Assembly: GCA_963837315.1 (NCBI GenBank)
Contig: CAWINE010000002.1
Coordinates: forward strand, 458,505-522,504
Source: an uncultured Chloroflexia bacterium
GTDB lineage: Bacteria; Chloroflexota; Chloroflexia; QHBQ01; JADMIH01
Reading direction: 5' to 3'
Length of the DNA: 64,000 bases
The notes under the pieces were generated by a model. The model was given only the letters and a program-made list of their open reading frames with translations, was not told where the DNA came from and did not search any database. Shown here in pieces: positions 1-8,461 of this stretch. Made by a program: the position numbers and the translations under genes. The stretch's first letter is position 1, and the number at the start of each line of letters is the position of its first letter.

Positions 1-14
1 GTGGGCATGACGAC

Positions 15-50
15 CATGGCGCTCATGACGCTCATGGCGCTCATGGCGCA
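15..50. repeat. 9-nt tandem repeat, CATGGCGCT/CATGACGCT x4
   Basis: Read directly at the window start. It precedes the first ORF, like the other short-word spacers in this window. Confidence 0.7.
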
Positions 51-73
51 ATTCCTCCGAGCAATCAACTCTG

Positions 74-856
74 GTGCCAGTCACGTGGAGGCAGTTGGTA
101 TTCCCGGCGCTGATATTGCTGCTGGTGATCATACTTCTGATCGGCCCTGTGAGCAGTGCCTTCGCACCACACCCCGCCTCATCCACCGGTCTACAGGCGG
201 TGCCAACGGCCCCGCCGACCGCCACACGGGTTCCAGCCTCAACGCCCGCAGGCGCGAAGCCGCAGAACACAGTTGCCGTCGTCCAAAATCCCACCGTCGC
301 CGTTGCCATCGCCACCAGGCCGCCCGTCCAGGTTGCTCAGCCTGTGCAGCCGACCGCTATCATCAACAATCCGGATGAAGTAAGCCCATCTGCAGCCGCC
401 ACACGCACGGCCGTAGCCGCGCAAGGAGAGAACGGCCAGGTAGAGCGAGCGCCCGTTCAGCTTGAGTTCGAAGGCGCGCTCTTTACGGTGGACGCCGCCA
501 ATAGCGGTATCCTCCCCGATTGGAAGCCTTCGGGTGATGCCACCCACGCCACATGGATCGAGGGCACGTACGCCAACCATATCATTTATATGCCTTACAG
601 CGACAGTAATGCCGCTCTCTTTGGAAAGGTCAAGAGCGGCGATACCATCAAGCTGACGATGAATACCGGCCAGGTGTTCGGGTTCCAGGTCACACGCTCC
701 CAGCGCGCCTCAAACGGCCCACCTACCAGCAACGACCAGTTCACAGTCACCACCGCCATGAGCCAGGACCATGCCGGCGTAACCATCTTCCTCGTCGGTG
801 ACCCCGCTCCCGATCGCGCGGTCGTGCAGGCTGATTTCAACGGCAATATTGAGTGA
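74..856 (+). CDS. Membrane-anchored or secreted hypothetical protein
   Basis: 260 aa ORF with a GTG start. It has an N-terminal hydrophobic helix (LVFPALILLLVIILLIGPV) followed by a Pro/Ala/Thr-rich linker. No family recognised. Confidence 0.55.
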   Translation: MPVTWRQLVFPALILLLVIILLIGPVSSAFAPHPASSTGLQAVPTAPPTATRVPASTPAGAKPQNTVAVVQNPTVAVAIATRPPVQVAQPVQPTAIINNPDEVSPSAAATRTAVAAQGENGQVERAPVQLEFEGALFTVDAANSGILPDWKPSGDATHATWIEGTYANHIIYMPYSDSNAALFGKVKSGDTIKLTMNTGQVFGFQVTRSQRASNGPPTSNDQFTVTTAMSQDHAGVTIFLVGDPAPDRAVVQADFNGNIE

Positions 857-860
857 CCAA

Positions 861-967
861 GTTGTCAGTTGTCAGTTGTCAGTAGACGGACGAACGACGA
901 CGGCTTGAAACGTGAAACGTGAATAAGCAGTAAGCAGTAAGCAGTAATCCTGACCCCTGACCCCTAG
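861..967. repeat. Spacer made of tandem heptamer words (TTGTCAG x3, GAAACGT x2, AAGCAGT x3, CCTGACC x2)
   Basis: Tandem 7-nt periodicity read directly. The same words recur elsewhere in the window in both orientations. Confidence 0.9.
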
Positions 968-972
968 CGAAC

Positions 973-1765
973 GTGACCGACCAACCAGGCAGCGAATCCC
1001 GGCAGAAGCTACAGCCGGGGCAAACTCTCATTTTCCTCGGTGACCATACATCACCTGATGATGCGGGTTATGTGCGCGTTGTGCAGAAGGTGCTGTCTCA
1101 TTTCTACCCACAGCTTCAGGCCAATCTCATCAGCGCAGGCTCTCGCGGCCAGACAGCCGGTGGGTTGCGCCGCAGTGAGCTGATGCAAATCTTGACCTCC
1201 AGTAAACCCGATTGGATTGTGATAGGCGTAGGTCTGGGCGAGGCTATGCACGAGCCATCAGCGCGGCGCTTGCTCGATGAATACCGCAAGCGCCAGGCCG
1301 AAAAGGAGAGCGACGAGGCCGAATTGACGTTCGGCCCCGAATTTCGCGTGAAGCGAGCGGCTCTGGGCCCTGTATCCGACATCGGGCGCGAGCTGGAGGT
1401 TCAGCCTCTCAACCTGGAAGGCTTCAAGACCAATCTCGCAGCCGCCCTGAGCGAGATGCAAGCGGCAGGAGTGCGCGTCGCGCTGCAAACCACCATACTT
1501 GTCGGCAACGACCTTGAGAACCCTGCCAACGAGCATCCTGAAGCGATATAACCGCGCCATCAGAGAGGTCGCGGCCGATCACGGCGCGCTTCTTGTAGAC
1601 GCCGAAAAGGCATTTCGTGACGTTTTGGACCGTGCCGGCAATTATAAGCAGAGAGTAGCCCTCACAGGCCCTGATGGTGAGCTAAACGCCCAGGGACAAG
1701 CGCTTCTTGCGCGCACCTTCATGGCCGCCTTCGGAGTGCTCCCCTACCCCGGCTACCGGCCTTAA
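973..1765 (+). pseudogene. SGNH/GDSL-type hydrolase, frameshifted
   Basis: ORFs 973..1551 and 1499..1765 are the N- and C-terminal halves of one hydrolase. The N-terminal half carries the LIFLGDHTS block. The C-terminal half carries YNRAIREVAADHGALLVDAEKAF and TGPDGELNAQG. The frame changes near 1500-1540. Confidence 0.6.
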
Positions 1766-1805
1766 TCGGACCGGAACAGAGGGGCCGCATAGTAATTCGT
1801 AATTC

Positions 1806-2165
1806 CTAAGGTGTACCGGCTTGCTCTGTGGCCGCGTAACGGGTCCTTGCAGCCTCGATCTCTTCCCGATGCTGCGCTGTCCAGTGGCAAAGCTGGACCA
1901 GCGGTTCGATCAGGCTTTGCCCTAGCGGGGTCAGCGAATATTCTACCTTAGGTGGGATCACCGGGTGGACCTTGCGCTCGACGATCCCATCGCGCTCCAG
2001 CCCCCGTAGCGTCTGCGAGAGCATCTTGTGCGAAACCCCTCCCAATTCTCGCCGCAGCTCGCTGTACCGCCTGGTTCCACTCGCCAGTGCCTGCACGGTG
2101 AGTGCGGTCCACCAATTCGCGATCCGCCCCAAATTCTCATGCATTCCTTTTTGTTCATCGTCCAT
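1806..2165 (-). CDS. HxlR-family winged-helix transcriptional regulator
   Basis: 119 aa with the typical HxlR pattern: RYSELRRELGGVSHKMLSQTLRGLERDGIVERKVHPVIPPKVEYSLTPLG. Confidence 0.85.
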   Translation of the reverse strand: MDDEQKGMHENLGRIANWWTALTVQALASGTRRYSELRRELGGVSHKMLSQTLRGLERDGIVERKVHPVIPPKVEYSLTPLGQSLIEPLVQLCHWTAQHREEIEAARTRYAATEQAGTP

Positions 2166-2166
2166 A

Positions 2167-2224
2167 AACGCACCCCAAGGGTATATACTAACCTAAAGGT
2201 TAGTATATACCCTTGGGGTGCGTT
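2167..2224. promoter_or_regulatory. 58-bp perfect palindrome (28-bp arms, 2-nt centre), candidate operator or divergent promoter
   Basis: AACGCACCCCAAGGGTATATACTAACCT aa AGGTTAGTATATACCCTTGGGGTGCGTT. It starts 1 nt upstream of the HxlR ATG, and each arm contains TATATAC. Confidence 0.6.
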
Positions 2225-2354
2225 CTTGCCAACTATAGCACCCTATGCTATGGTTATGTAATAGGGCCTGGCCTTGTTGAGTAAAGTGCTTGCAGCTTGC
2301 TCCCCACAATCCCACACAATTGTCGCGAGAGTTATTTCCATTATTTAAGTTGGA

Positions 2355-2420
2355 AAGGAGGTGCAGGGGTGCTCCCCTGCCGGGGGTTTGGGGTGTCCCC
2401 AAAATCCCTCCATTTCCCAA
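2355..2420 (+). repeat. GC-rich dispersed element, copy A
   Basis: GGTGCAGGGGTGCTCCCCTGCCGGGGGTTTGGGGTGTCCCCAAAATCCCTCCATT. It is near-identical to the reverse complement of copy F at 58961..59033. Confidence 0.85.
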
Positions 2421-2518
2421 CAGATGCGTTGAAGGTGCATTAGAAGTCCCAGAGCGGGATTATGCGCTGCAAGGAAGTCATAGAGAGAAACCAGACGTAG
2501 GGTATCAAGGAGAGCGTC

Positions 2519-3523
2519 ATGAACGAGACAGATATAGAATGGGCTGAAAGCTACCAAAGAGAGCTCGGCGGGCACGCAGCCCAGCAGAGTGGCAGCACAG
2601 GCAGTGCAGGTACCCTCGAAGAGTGGCCTAACCTGCCGTACGAAGAATGGAGAGAGACCTATGAGACGCTCCACATGTGGACCCAGGTCGTCGGTAAAAT
2701 CCGCCTGACCCTCAGCCCCAGGGTAAACCATTGGTGGCACGCGGCGCTGTACGTTACGTCTCGCGGGCTTACAACTTCACCGATCCCCTACGGCCCCTAT
2801 GGCAGCCGCACCTTCGAGTTAACGTTCGACTTTATCAACCACACCCTGGTTGTGCAGACCAGCGACGGCACAACCAGGTATGTGGCACTCTATCCGCGTT
2901 CGGTGGCCGACTTCTACCGAGAGCTCATGGCCGTACTGCGCTCGATTGATATCGACGTCAGGATAAATACCACTCCTCAGGAGGTGCCCAATCCTATCGC
3001 CTGCGACATAGACAACGTGCACCACTCGTACGACCAGGAGTACGCGGGCAGGTTCTGGCGCATCTTGCTTCAGACAAGCACCGTCTTTCAGGCGTTCAGA
3101 GGCCGCTTTATCGGCAAGTGCAGCCCGGTCCATTTCTGGTGGGGCAGTTTCGATCTCGCGGTGACGCGCTTCTCGGGGCGGCGCGCTCCTGAGCGGCCTG
3201 GGGCAGACCTGATGACGCGCGAAGCTTACTCGCACGAATGCAGTAGTGCCGGCTTTTGGCCGGGCAACAGCATCTTGCCCACGACGATCTTTTACGCATA
3301 CATGGCTCCTGCCCCGCCAGGCTTTGAGAAAGCTGCTGTACAGCCCCCGGAGGCGTATTACGATGACCACTTCGGGGAATTTCTGCTACCCTACGACGCG
3401 GTACGCTGTGCTGCCGAGCCCCGGAAGGTTCTGATGGACTTTCTCCAGAGAACGTATGAAGCCGGGGCGGATCTGGCGAGCTGGGACCGTGAGGCGCTGG
3501 AGGCACAGGAGCAGGCCGACTAA
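2519..3523 (+). CDS. DUF5996-like conserved protein of unknown function
   Basis: 334 aa. The motif HMWTQVVGKIRLTLSPRVNHWWHAALYVTSRGLTT matches this family as I recall it. It is divergent from the HxlR gene. Confidence 0.7.
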   Translation: MNETDIEWAESYQRELGGHAAQQSGSTGSAGTLEEWPNLPYEEWRETYETLHMWTQVVGKIRLTLSPRVNHWWHAALYVTSRGLTTSPIPYGPYGSRTFELTFDFINHTLVVQTSDGTTRYVALYPRSVADFYRELMAVLRSIDIDVRINTTPQEVPNPIACDIDNVHHSYDQEYAGRFWRILLQTSTVFQAFRGRFIGKCSPVHFWWGSFDLAVTRFSGRRAPERPGADLMTREAYSHECSSAGFWPGNSILPTTIFYAYMAPAPPGFEKAAVQPPEAYYDDHFGEFLLPYDAVRCAAEPRKVLMDFLQRTYEAGADLASWDREALEAQEQAD

Positions 3524-3578
3524 CCGAGCAGAGACGGCGCAGTCACCAAGATGTGAGAAATGCAATGGAGGTATCGTC

Positions 3579-3920
3579 ATGAGTAATATGCAAAACCAGG
3601 GTCCGGATGAGCATCTGACCCCGGAGCACGTGCGGAATGTGCAGCCAAGCGCCTTAGGGTGCGAGGACTGCCTTGAGACAGGCGGACATTGGGTTCACCT
3701 TAGAATATGCACCGAGTGCGGGCATGTGGGCTGTTGTGACAACTCACCGAACAGACATGCCACCAGGCACTTCCACTCTACCCAGCACCCCATCATTCGC
3801 TCGTTCGAGCCTGATGAGGACTGGGGTTGGTGCTACGTTGACCAGCAGTATTTGGAGTCGATGGGACCACCCGCTAACACCTACGGCAGGCACTTTGGGT
3901 CAATACTACCCAGCAGCTAA
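3579..3920 (+). CDS. UBP-type zinc-finger domain protein
   Basis: Cys/His pattern CEDC...HLRICTECGHVGCCDNSPNRHATRHFHSTQHP. I chose the ATG at 3579 because GGAG lies 8 nt upstream. The ORF track starts at 3456. Confidence 0.8.
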   Translation: MSNMQNQGPDEHLTPEHVRNVQPSALGCEDCLETGGHWVHLRICTECGHVGCCDNSPNRHATRHFHSTQHPIIRSFEPDEDWGWCYVDQQYLESMGPPANTYGRHFGSILPSS

Positions 3921-4052
3921 GAAATCAGTTGACAGGAGTATATCAACGTCACGAGTAGAATTTGAACACGTTAGCCACTCGCCGCCTGTGGCGTCGTATC
4001 AAAACGTGGGAAGAGCCGTTCTTGGTGGGGATTTTGGGTAAACTCAGGGCAA

Positions 4053-5333
4053 TCAGTGCGCTCCAAAAATATACCTGTCCAGGAAGGCGTTACGGAATAT
4101 GCCCTGTGGATCGTAGGAGCGCACAAGTCGTCTGAAAGTCGGCCAGCTTCGGATAGAGGGATTGCACTCGCTCTGCCGGCATCGTAAATAGCTTGCCCCA
4201 GTGCGGACGCGCATTTAGGGGCGCGAGTGCTTCTTCGAGCAGCAGGGAGCAACTGCCTGACCGCACCCCAATTCTTTTTCCAGGTAAAGTGGATCCCGAC
4301 GCACGCTTGCCCGTAGCACGGGCTCATCCACAGATCGTCCTCGGCGATTGTGCGTATCTCGGAAATCTGTAGCAGCGGTGCCACGCGATCCCGCAAGCGA
4401 TGGATAGCACGCAAGGCCGTGATGGCGTGCTGGCGAGGCACCAGGTATTCGGTTTGCAACTCCTCTCCGCTGCTTGGCGTGAAATCCATGCGGAAGTGCG
4501 GCAGGCGCTCATACCAGGGACCGGGTATGCCCATCTGTTCGGTGCAAGCTTCCGCCGAGAGTTGCCGATGGGGTGCAGGCGTCTTCGCGCCGGCGTCGCT
4601 CCGAACAACTCCTGTTCCAGACTCGAGTCCAGAGCTGTCGACATCTGTGATGCGGCGCTTCAACCAGACCTGGTTCACCCGTTCGCTCCGCCAGTCGGTA
4701 AATAAGCTGACGCTGTAGGCGCTGGATTCGATTTCATCAAAGTGCTCTTCCAGTTGTGGCAGCGACAGGTTCTCATACACGTCCTGGCGCATATTAAACG
4801 TCGGGACAATATCCAGGGTAAGTTTGGTGACCACTCCGAGCCCGCCCAACCCGACGACCGCTCCCTTGAAATTGCTCGCCGTCTCGGTCGCGGGACAAAG
4901 AGACCACCTCTCCACCGGCGGTTACAAGTTCCATTGCCGACACGGCCGTGGCCAGATTGCCATTGCCTTCGCCCGAGCCGTGCGTCGCTGTAGCACATGC
5001 ACCTGCGACAGAAATATGCGGTAACGAGGCCAGGTTGTGCAGCGCATAGCCTTCTCTATGAAGCTCCGAGCAGAGCTGGCCATATCTGACACCGGCATCG
5101 ATTGTCACCGTGTGACGCTCACGGTCTATCGCCAGCAGGCGGTCGAAGTGGTCGAGTGAGATCAGGTCACCCTGCGAGTCGGCGATGTCATTGAACGAGT
5201 GGCGCGAGCCGAGCACCTTGAGCTTGGAGGAGCTGTTTACCAGTTGCTGGACTTGCTCGATCGTTTCGGGAAAGTGCAATTTGCGGGCGCTGTACGTGTA
5301 ATTACCTGCCCAGTTGCTTAGTTTCTCAATCAT
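4053..5333 (-). pseudogene. FAD-linked alditol/sugar-lactone oxidase family oxidoreductase, about 3 frameshifts
   Basis: The N-terminus reads NWAGNYTYSARKLHFPETIEQVQ...VLGSRHSFNDIADSQG...HGSG (ORF 4794..5333). The protein continues as FKGAVVGLGGLGVVTKLTLDIVP (ORF 3971..4915). The remainder, ARPHWGKLFTMP and FRRLVRSYDPQGIFRNAFLDRYIF, is readable only in the two other frames. Shifts lie near 4870, 4248 and 4130. Confidence 0.8.
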
Positions 5334-5538
5334 CCTGGTCTCTTGTCCTTACGATCCCTAAGAAAACCGCATCATCCGCAAATGGGTTCAATTGCAAAGC
5401 GCGGGCAACTAACTATAACTCATGACGCATTGGCTGCTAGACAGAGGTTTTGGAACAGGGTGTAAAGAAGCAAGCTCTATGCTATTCTATTCTAATGCAG
5501 GACCTCTCCGATAGTAAGAATCTGTTGGTATTGAGCTT

Positions 5539-7164
5539 ATGAGCTTAGCTGTTCCATCACAAACCGCGCCAACCGCTTCAACCTGGGCACCGCTCCGCAA
5601 TGGAGTGTTCCGGGCTCTTTGGATCGCGGTCCTTGCGAGCAATATCGGCATTTGGATGCAGACCGTAGGTGCGCAGTGGCTCCTGGTGGACCAGCCGAAT
5701 GCGGCCCTCCTGGTGGCGCTGGTGCAAACAGCTGACACATTGCCTGACTTGTTGTTCTCCCCTGTTGGCGGTGTGCTGGCTGATATATTCGACCGGCGTA
5801 AGCTCATCATCATCGTTCAGGGCTGCCTGACCGTCACCGCACTGGCGCTCACCGGACTCACGCTGGCAGGCCAGATGTCGCCTCCTCTGCTTCTCCTCTT
5901 TACCTTTATCCTGGGTGCTGGGTCTGCGTTTACTTCGCCCGCCTATGGAGCCCTCGTTCCTGACCTGGTTCCTCGCTCCCAACTTCACTCCGCTTCCGCC
6001 CTCAGCTCAATCAGTATCAACCTGGCGCGAGCGGTCGGCCCTGCCGTTGCGGGGTTGGTGATCGCCTGGGTAGGGGTGTGGGCCGTCTTCGCCCTCAACA
6101 CTGTGGGCCTTCTCTTCTTTGGGTTAGTGGTCATCCTGTGGCGCCCTCCTGCTGAGACGGTTGCGCCTCCGGCCTTTCCCGAGCCGTTCGGGGCGGCGCT
6201 ACGTGCTGGCGGCCGGTACGTGCGCTACGCCCCCGTGGTCCGCCGTATCCTCTTACGACTGGGACTCTTCCTCGTGCCTGCCACCGTGCTGTGGGCGCTG
6301 CTGCCCATCGTTGCTGCCGAGCGATTGGGACAGGGGGCTGAGGGCTACGGATTGCTGCTCGGTGCGCTCGGCGTGGGAGCCATAGCGGGCGCTGTCGTCC
6401 TGCCAAGGGTGCGAGCCAGGCTTTCCGACAATGCCCTGCTGGCGGCAGCAAGCATCTTATACGCAGCCTCCCTGGTCGCGCTGGTGCTCGTGAGCAACTT
6501 CGCTGTGATCCTGGCAGTGCTCCTGGCTGCCGGTATAGCATGGGTCGTGGTCCTGTCGAACATGAATGCGACGCTACAGCTCTTCCTACCTGCCTGGGTA
6601 CGCGCGCGAGGTCTCTCCATCTACCAGGTGGTGCTCTTCGGTTCCCAGGCCTTCGGTGCTGTGTTCTGGGGTCTCATCGCGGGGCCGTTGGGGCTGGTGC
6701 CTGCGTTTCTCGTTGCGGCCGGATGTATGCTCGCGGGGGCAGCCACGATTCGATTCTGGCCTCTAAGCGACACACGAGGCATGGACCGCAACCTGGCGGT
6801 CTACTGGGCGGAGCCGAAACTCGCCATTGAACCCGACGAGGAAAGCGGCCCCGTAGTCGTGACGAATAGATACACGATTGCTCCAGAGAAAGAGCATGCC
6901 TTTCTTCAGGCTATGGCACGCGTGCGCCAGTCGCGGCTGCGGACGGGGGCGACGCAGTGGGGACTATTCAGAGATGGGGAAAGAGAGCACCGGTTCGTGG
7001 AATTGTTCGTGGTTCCCTCCTGGGAGGAACACCTGCGACAGCACAGGGAACGACTAACCGGGGTCGACCGGCAGTATGAAGATGAAGCCAACGCCCTGTC
7101 CGAGCCACCACCACAGGTTGAGCATCTGATCGCTGCCAATGTAGAGCCGCCTGACCGCGAATAG
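5539..7164 (+). CDS. MFS transporter with a C-terminal soluble extension
   Basis: 541 aa with about 12 predicted TM helices. The N-terminus reads FRALWIAVLASNIGIWMQTVGAQWLL. The roughly 110 aa tail looks like an ABM/dimeric alpha-beta barrel. Confidence 0.85.
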   Translation: MSLAVPSQTAPTASTWAPLRNGVFRALWIAVLASNIGIWMQTVGAQWLLVDQPNAALLVALVQTADTLPDLLFSPVGGVLADIFDRRKLIIIVQGCLTVTALALTGLTLAGQMSPPLLLLFTFILGAGSAFTSPAYGALVPDLVPRSQLHSASALSSISINLARAVGPAVAGLVIAWVGVWAVFALNTVGLLFFGLVVILWRPPAETVAPPAFPEPFGAALRAGGRYVRYAPVVRRILLRLGLFLVPATVLWALLPIVAAERLGQGAEGYGLLLGALGVGAIAGAVVLPRVRARLSDNALLAAASILYAASLVALVLVSNFAVILAVLLAAGIAWVVVLSNMNATLQLFLPAWVRARGLSIYQVVLFGSQAFGAVFWGLIAGPLGLVPAFLVAAGCMLAGAATIRFWPLSDTRGMDRNLAVYWAEPKLAIEPDEESGPVVVTNRYTIAPEKEHAFLQAMARVRQSRLRTGATQWGLFRDGEREHRFVELFVVPSWEEHLRQHRERLTGVDRQYEDEANALSEPPPQVEHLIAANVEPPDRE

Positions 7165-7463
7165 ATTCTGACCCAAGGACATTGCATATTGACAGGGTGC
7201 CTCCACTGTGGTACAAGTGGGGTCAGTCCCGCATCCCGGCGGTCCGTTCTTCCACCGCGTAACAACCTTCAGCCGAACATTTCGGGGGCACACAAAACAG
7301 TAACGCTCCACGCGGCAAGGTCCATCCGGTCCAGGCAATCCATCTGTTTGTCTCATGCCGGTTGGCACTCGCCCATTATGTGATGGAGCGACTCTGCCGG
7401 TCAGGAGTTCGGGCGCAAGCGCCAAACACGCTAATCGCACCGATAGACTCCCTTCTTGCCTAA

Positions 7464-8330
7464 ATGGAGGGCCACATGAGCGCAATTACCACCCGTGAAC
7501 AGCAAGAGATCGACAAGGCGAACGCCTCGGGATTGCAGCCGGTCGTATTCGTACACGGCCTGTGGCTACTGGCAAGCAGTTGGGACAGCTGGCGGGCTTT
7601 GTTTGAAGAGCAAGGCTACACCACTGTCGCGCCGGGCTGGCCCGATGACCCGGAAACGGTGGAAGGGGCAAAGCAAAATCCGGACGTCTTCGCCCACAAG
7701 AAGATCAAACAGGTGACAGGTCACTACATTGACGCTATCCGCCAGCTCAAGACCAGGCCGGCCATCATCGGCCATTCTTTTGGTGGGCTCATTGCGCAAC
7801 AGCTTGCCGGGGAGGGCGTGGCCGCCGTGACGGTTGCGATCGATCCCGCCCCGTTCCGAGGCGTGCTCCCGCTCCCCCTATCGGCGCTGAAATCGTCGTC
7901 GCCGGTACTCACGAACCCTCTCAACTTCAGCCGTGCCGTCCCACTAACCTACAAGCAGTTCCGGTTCGCCTTCGCTAACGCCGTAGATGAGGACGAAGCA
8001 CATCAGCTCTACGAGACTTACTCGGTGCCAGGTTCCGGGGCACCGCTCTTCCAGGCGGCTACTGCCAATGTTAATCCGTGGACGGAAGCCCGCGTTGATA
8101 CTAAGAACCCGAAGCGTGGACCGCTGCTTATCATCTCGGGCGAGCAGGACAACACCGTGCCGTGGTCAATAGCTAACGCCTCCTACAAGCAACAAAAGAA
8201 GAATCCCGGCCTGACCCAGATCAAGGAAATACCCGGCCGTGGACACTCTCTCGTCATCGACCACGGCTGGCAAGGGGTAGCCGATACCGCACTGGCGTTC
8301 ATCGGGCAACAACTGAAGAAGGACTCTTAA
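7464..8330 (+). CDS. Alpha/beta-fold hydrolase
   Basis: VVFVHGLWLLASSW plus the nucleophile elbow IIGHSFGG. The start may instead be the ATG at 7476. Confidence 0.85.
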   Translation: MEGHMSAITTREQQEIDKANASGLQPVVFVHGLWLLASSWDSWRALFEEQGYTTVAPGWPDDPETVEGAKQNPDVFAHKKIKQVTGHYIDAIRQLKTRPAIIGHSFGGLIAQQLAGEGVAAVTVAIDPAPFRGVLPLPLSALKSSSPVLTNPLNFSRAVPLTYKQFRFAFANAVDEDEAHQLYETYSVPGSGAPLFQAATANVNPWTEARVDTKNPKRGPLLIISGEQDNTVPWSIANASYKQQKKNPGLTQIKEIPGRGHSLVIDHGWQGVADTALAFIGQQLKKDS

Positions 8331-8461
8331 CCGGTCTCGTTCGTCCCTTCCATGCCCACCGTGTGCAAAGTGAGTTGCTTCACCAGATCAGTGCGATCCA
8401 TATAGACTTTATTCATAGGCGGCGTACTTGTCAGCCGTTGGCACGCGCGTATTCATGCGCG

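Noticed and set aside
7189-7463. Promoter-like TTGACA-17-TACAAG and a 250-nt leader upstream of the alpha/beta hydrolase, as a possible riboswitch or sRNA
   Set aside because: The -10 match is poor and lacks the final T. I could not match the leader to any riboswitch signature I know (TPP, SAM, B12, ZTP, glycine, fluoride, c-di-GMP).
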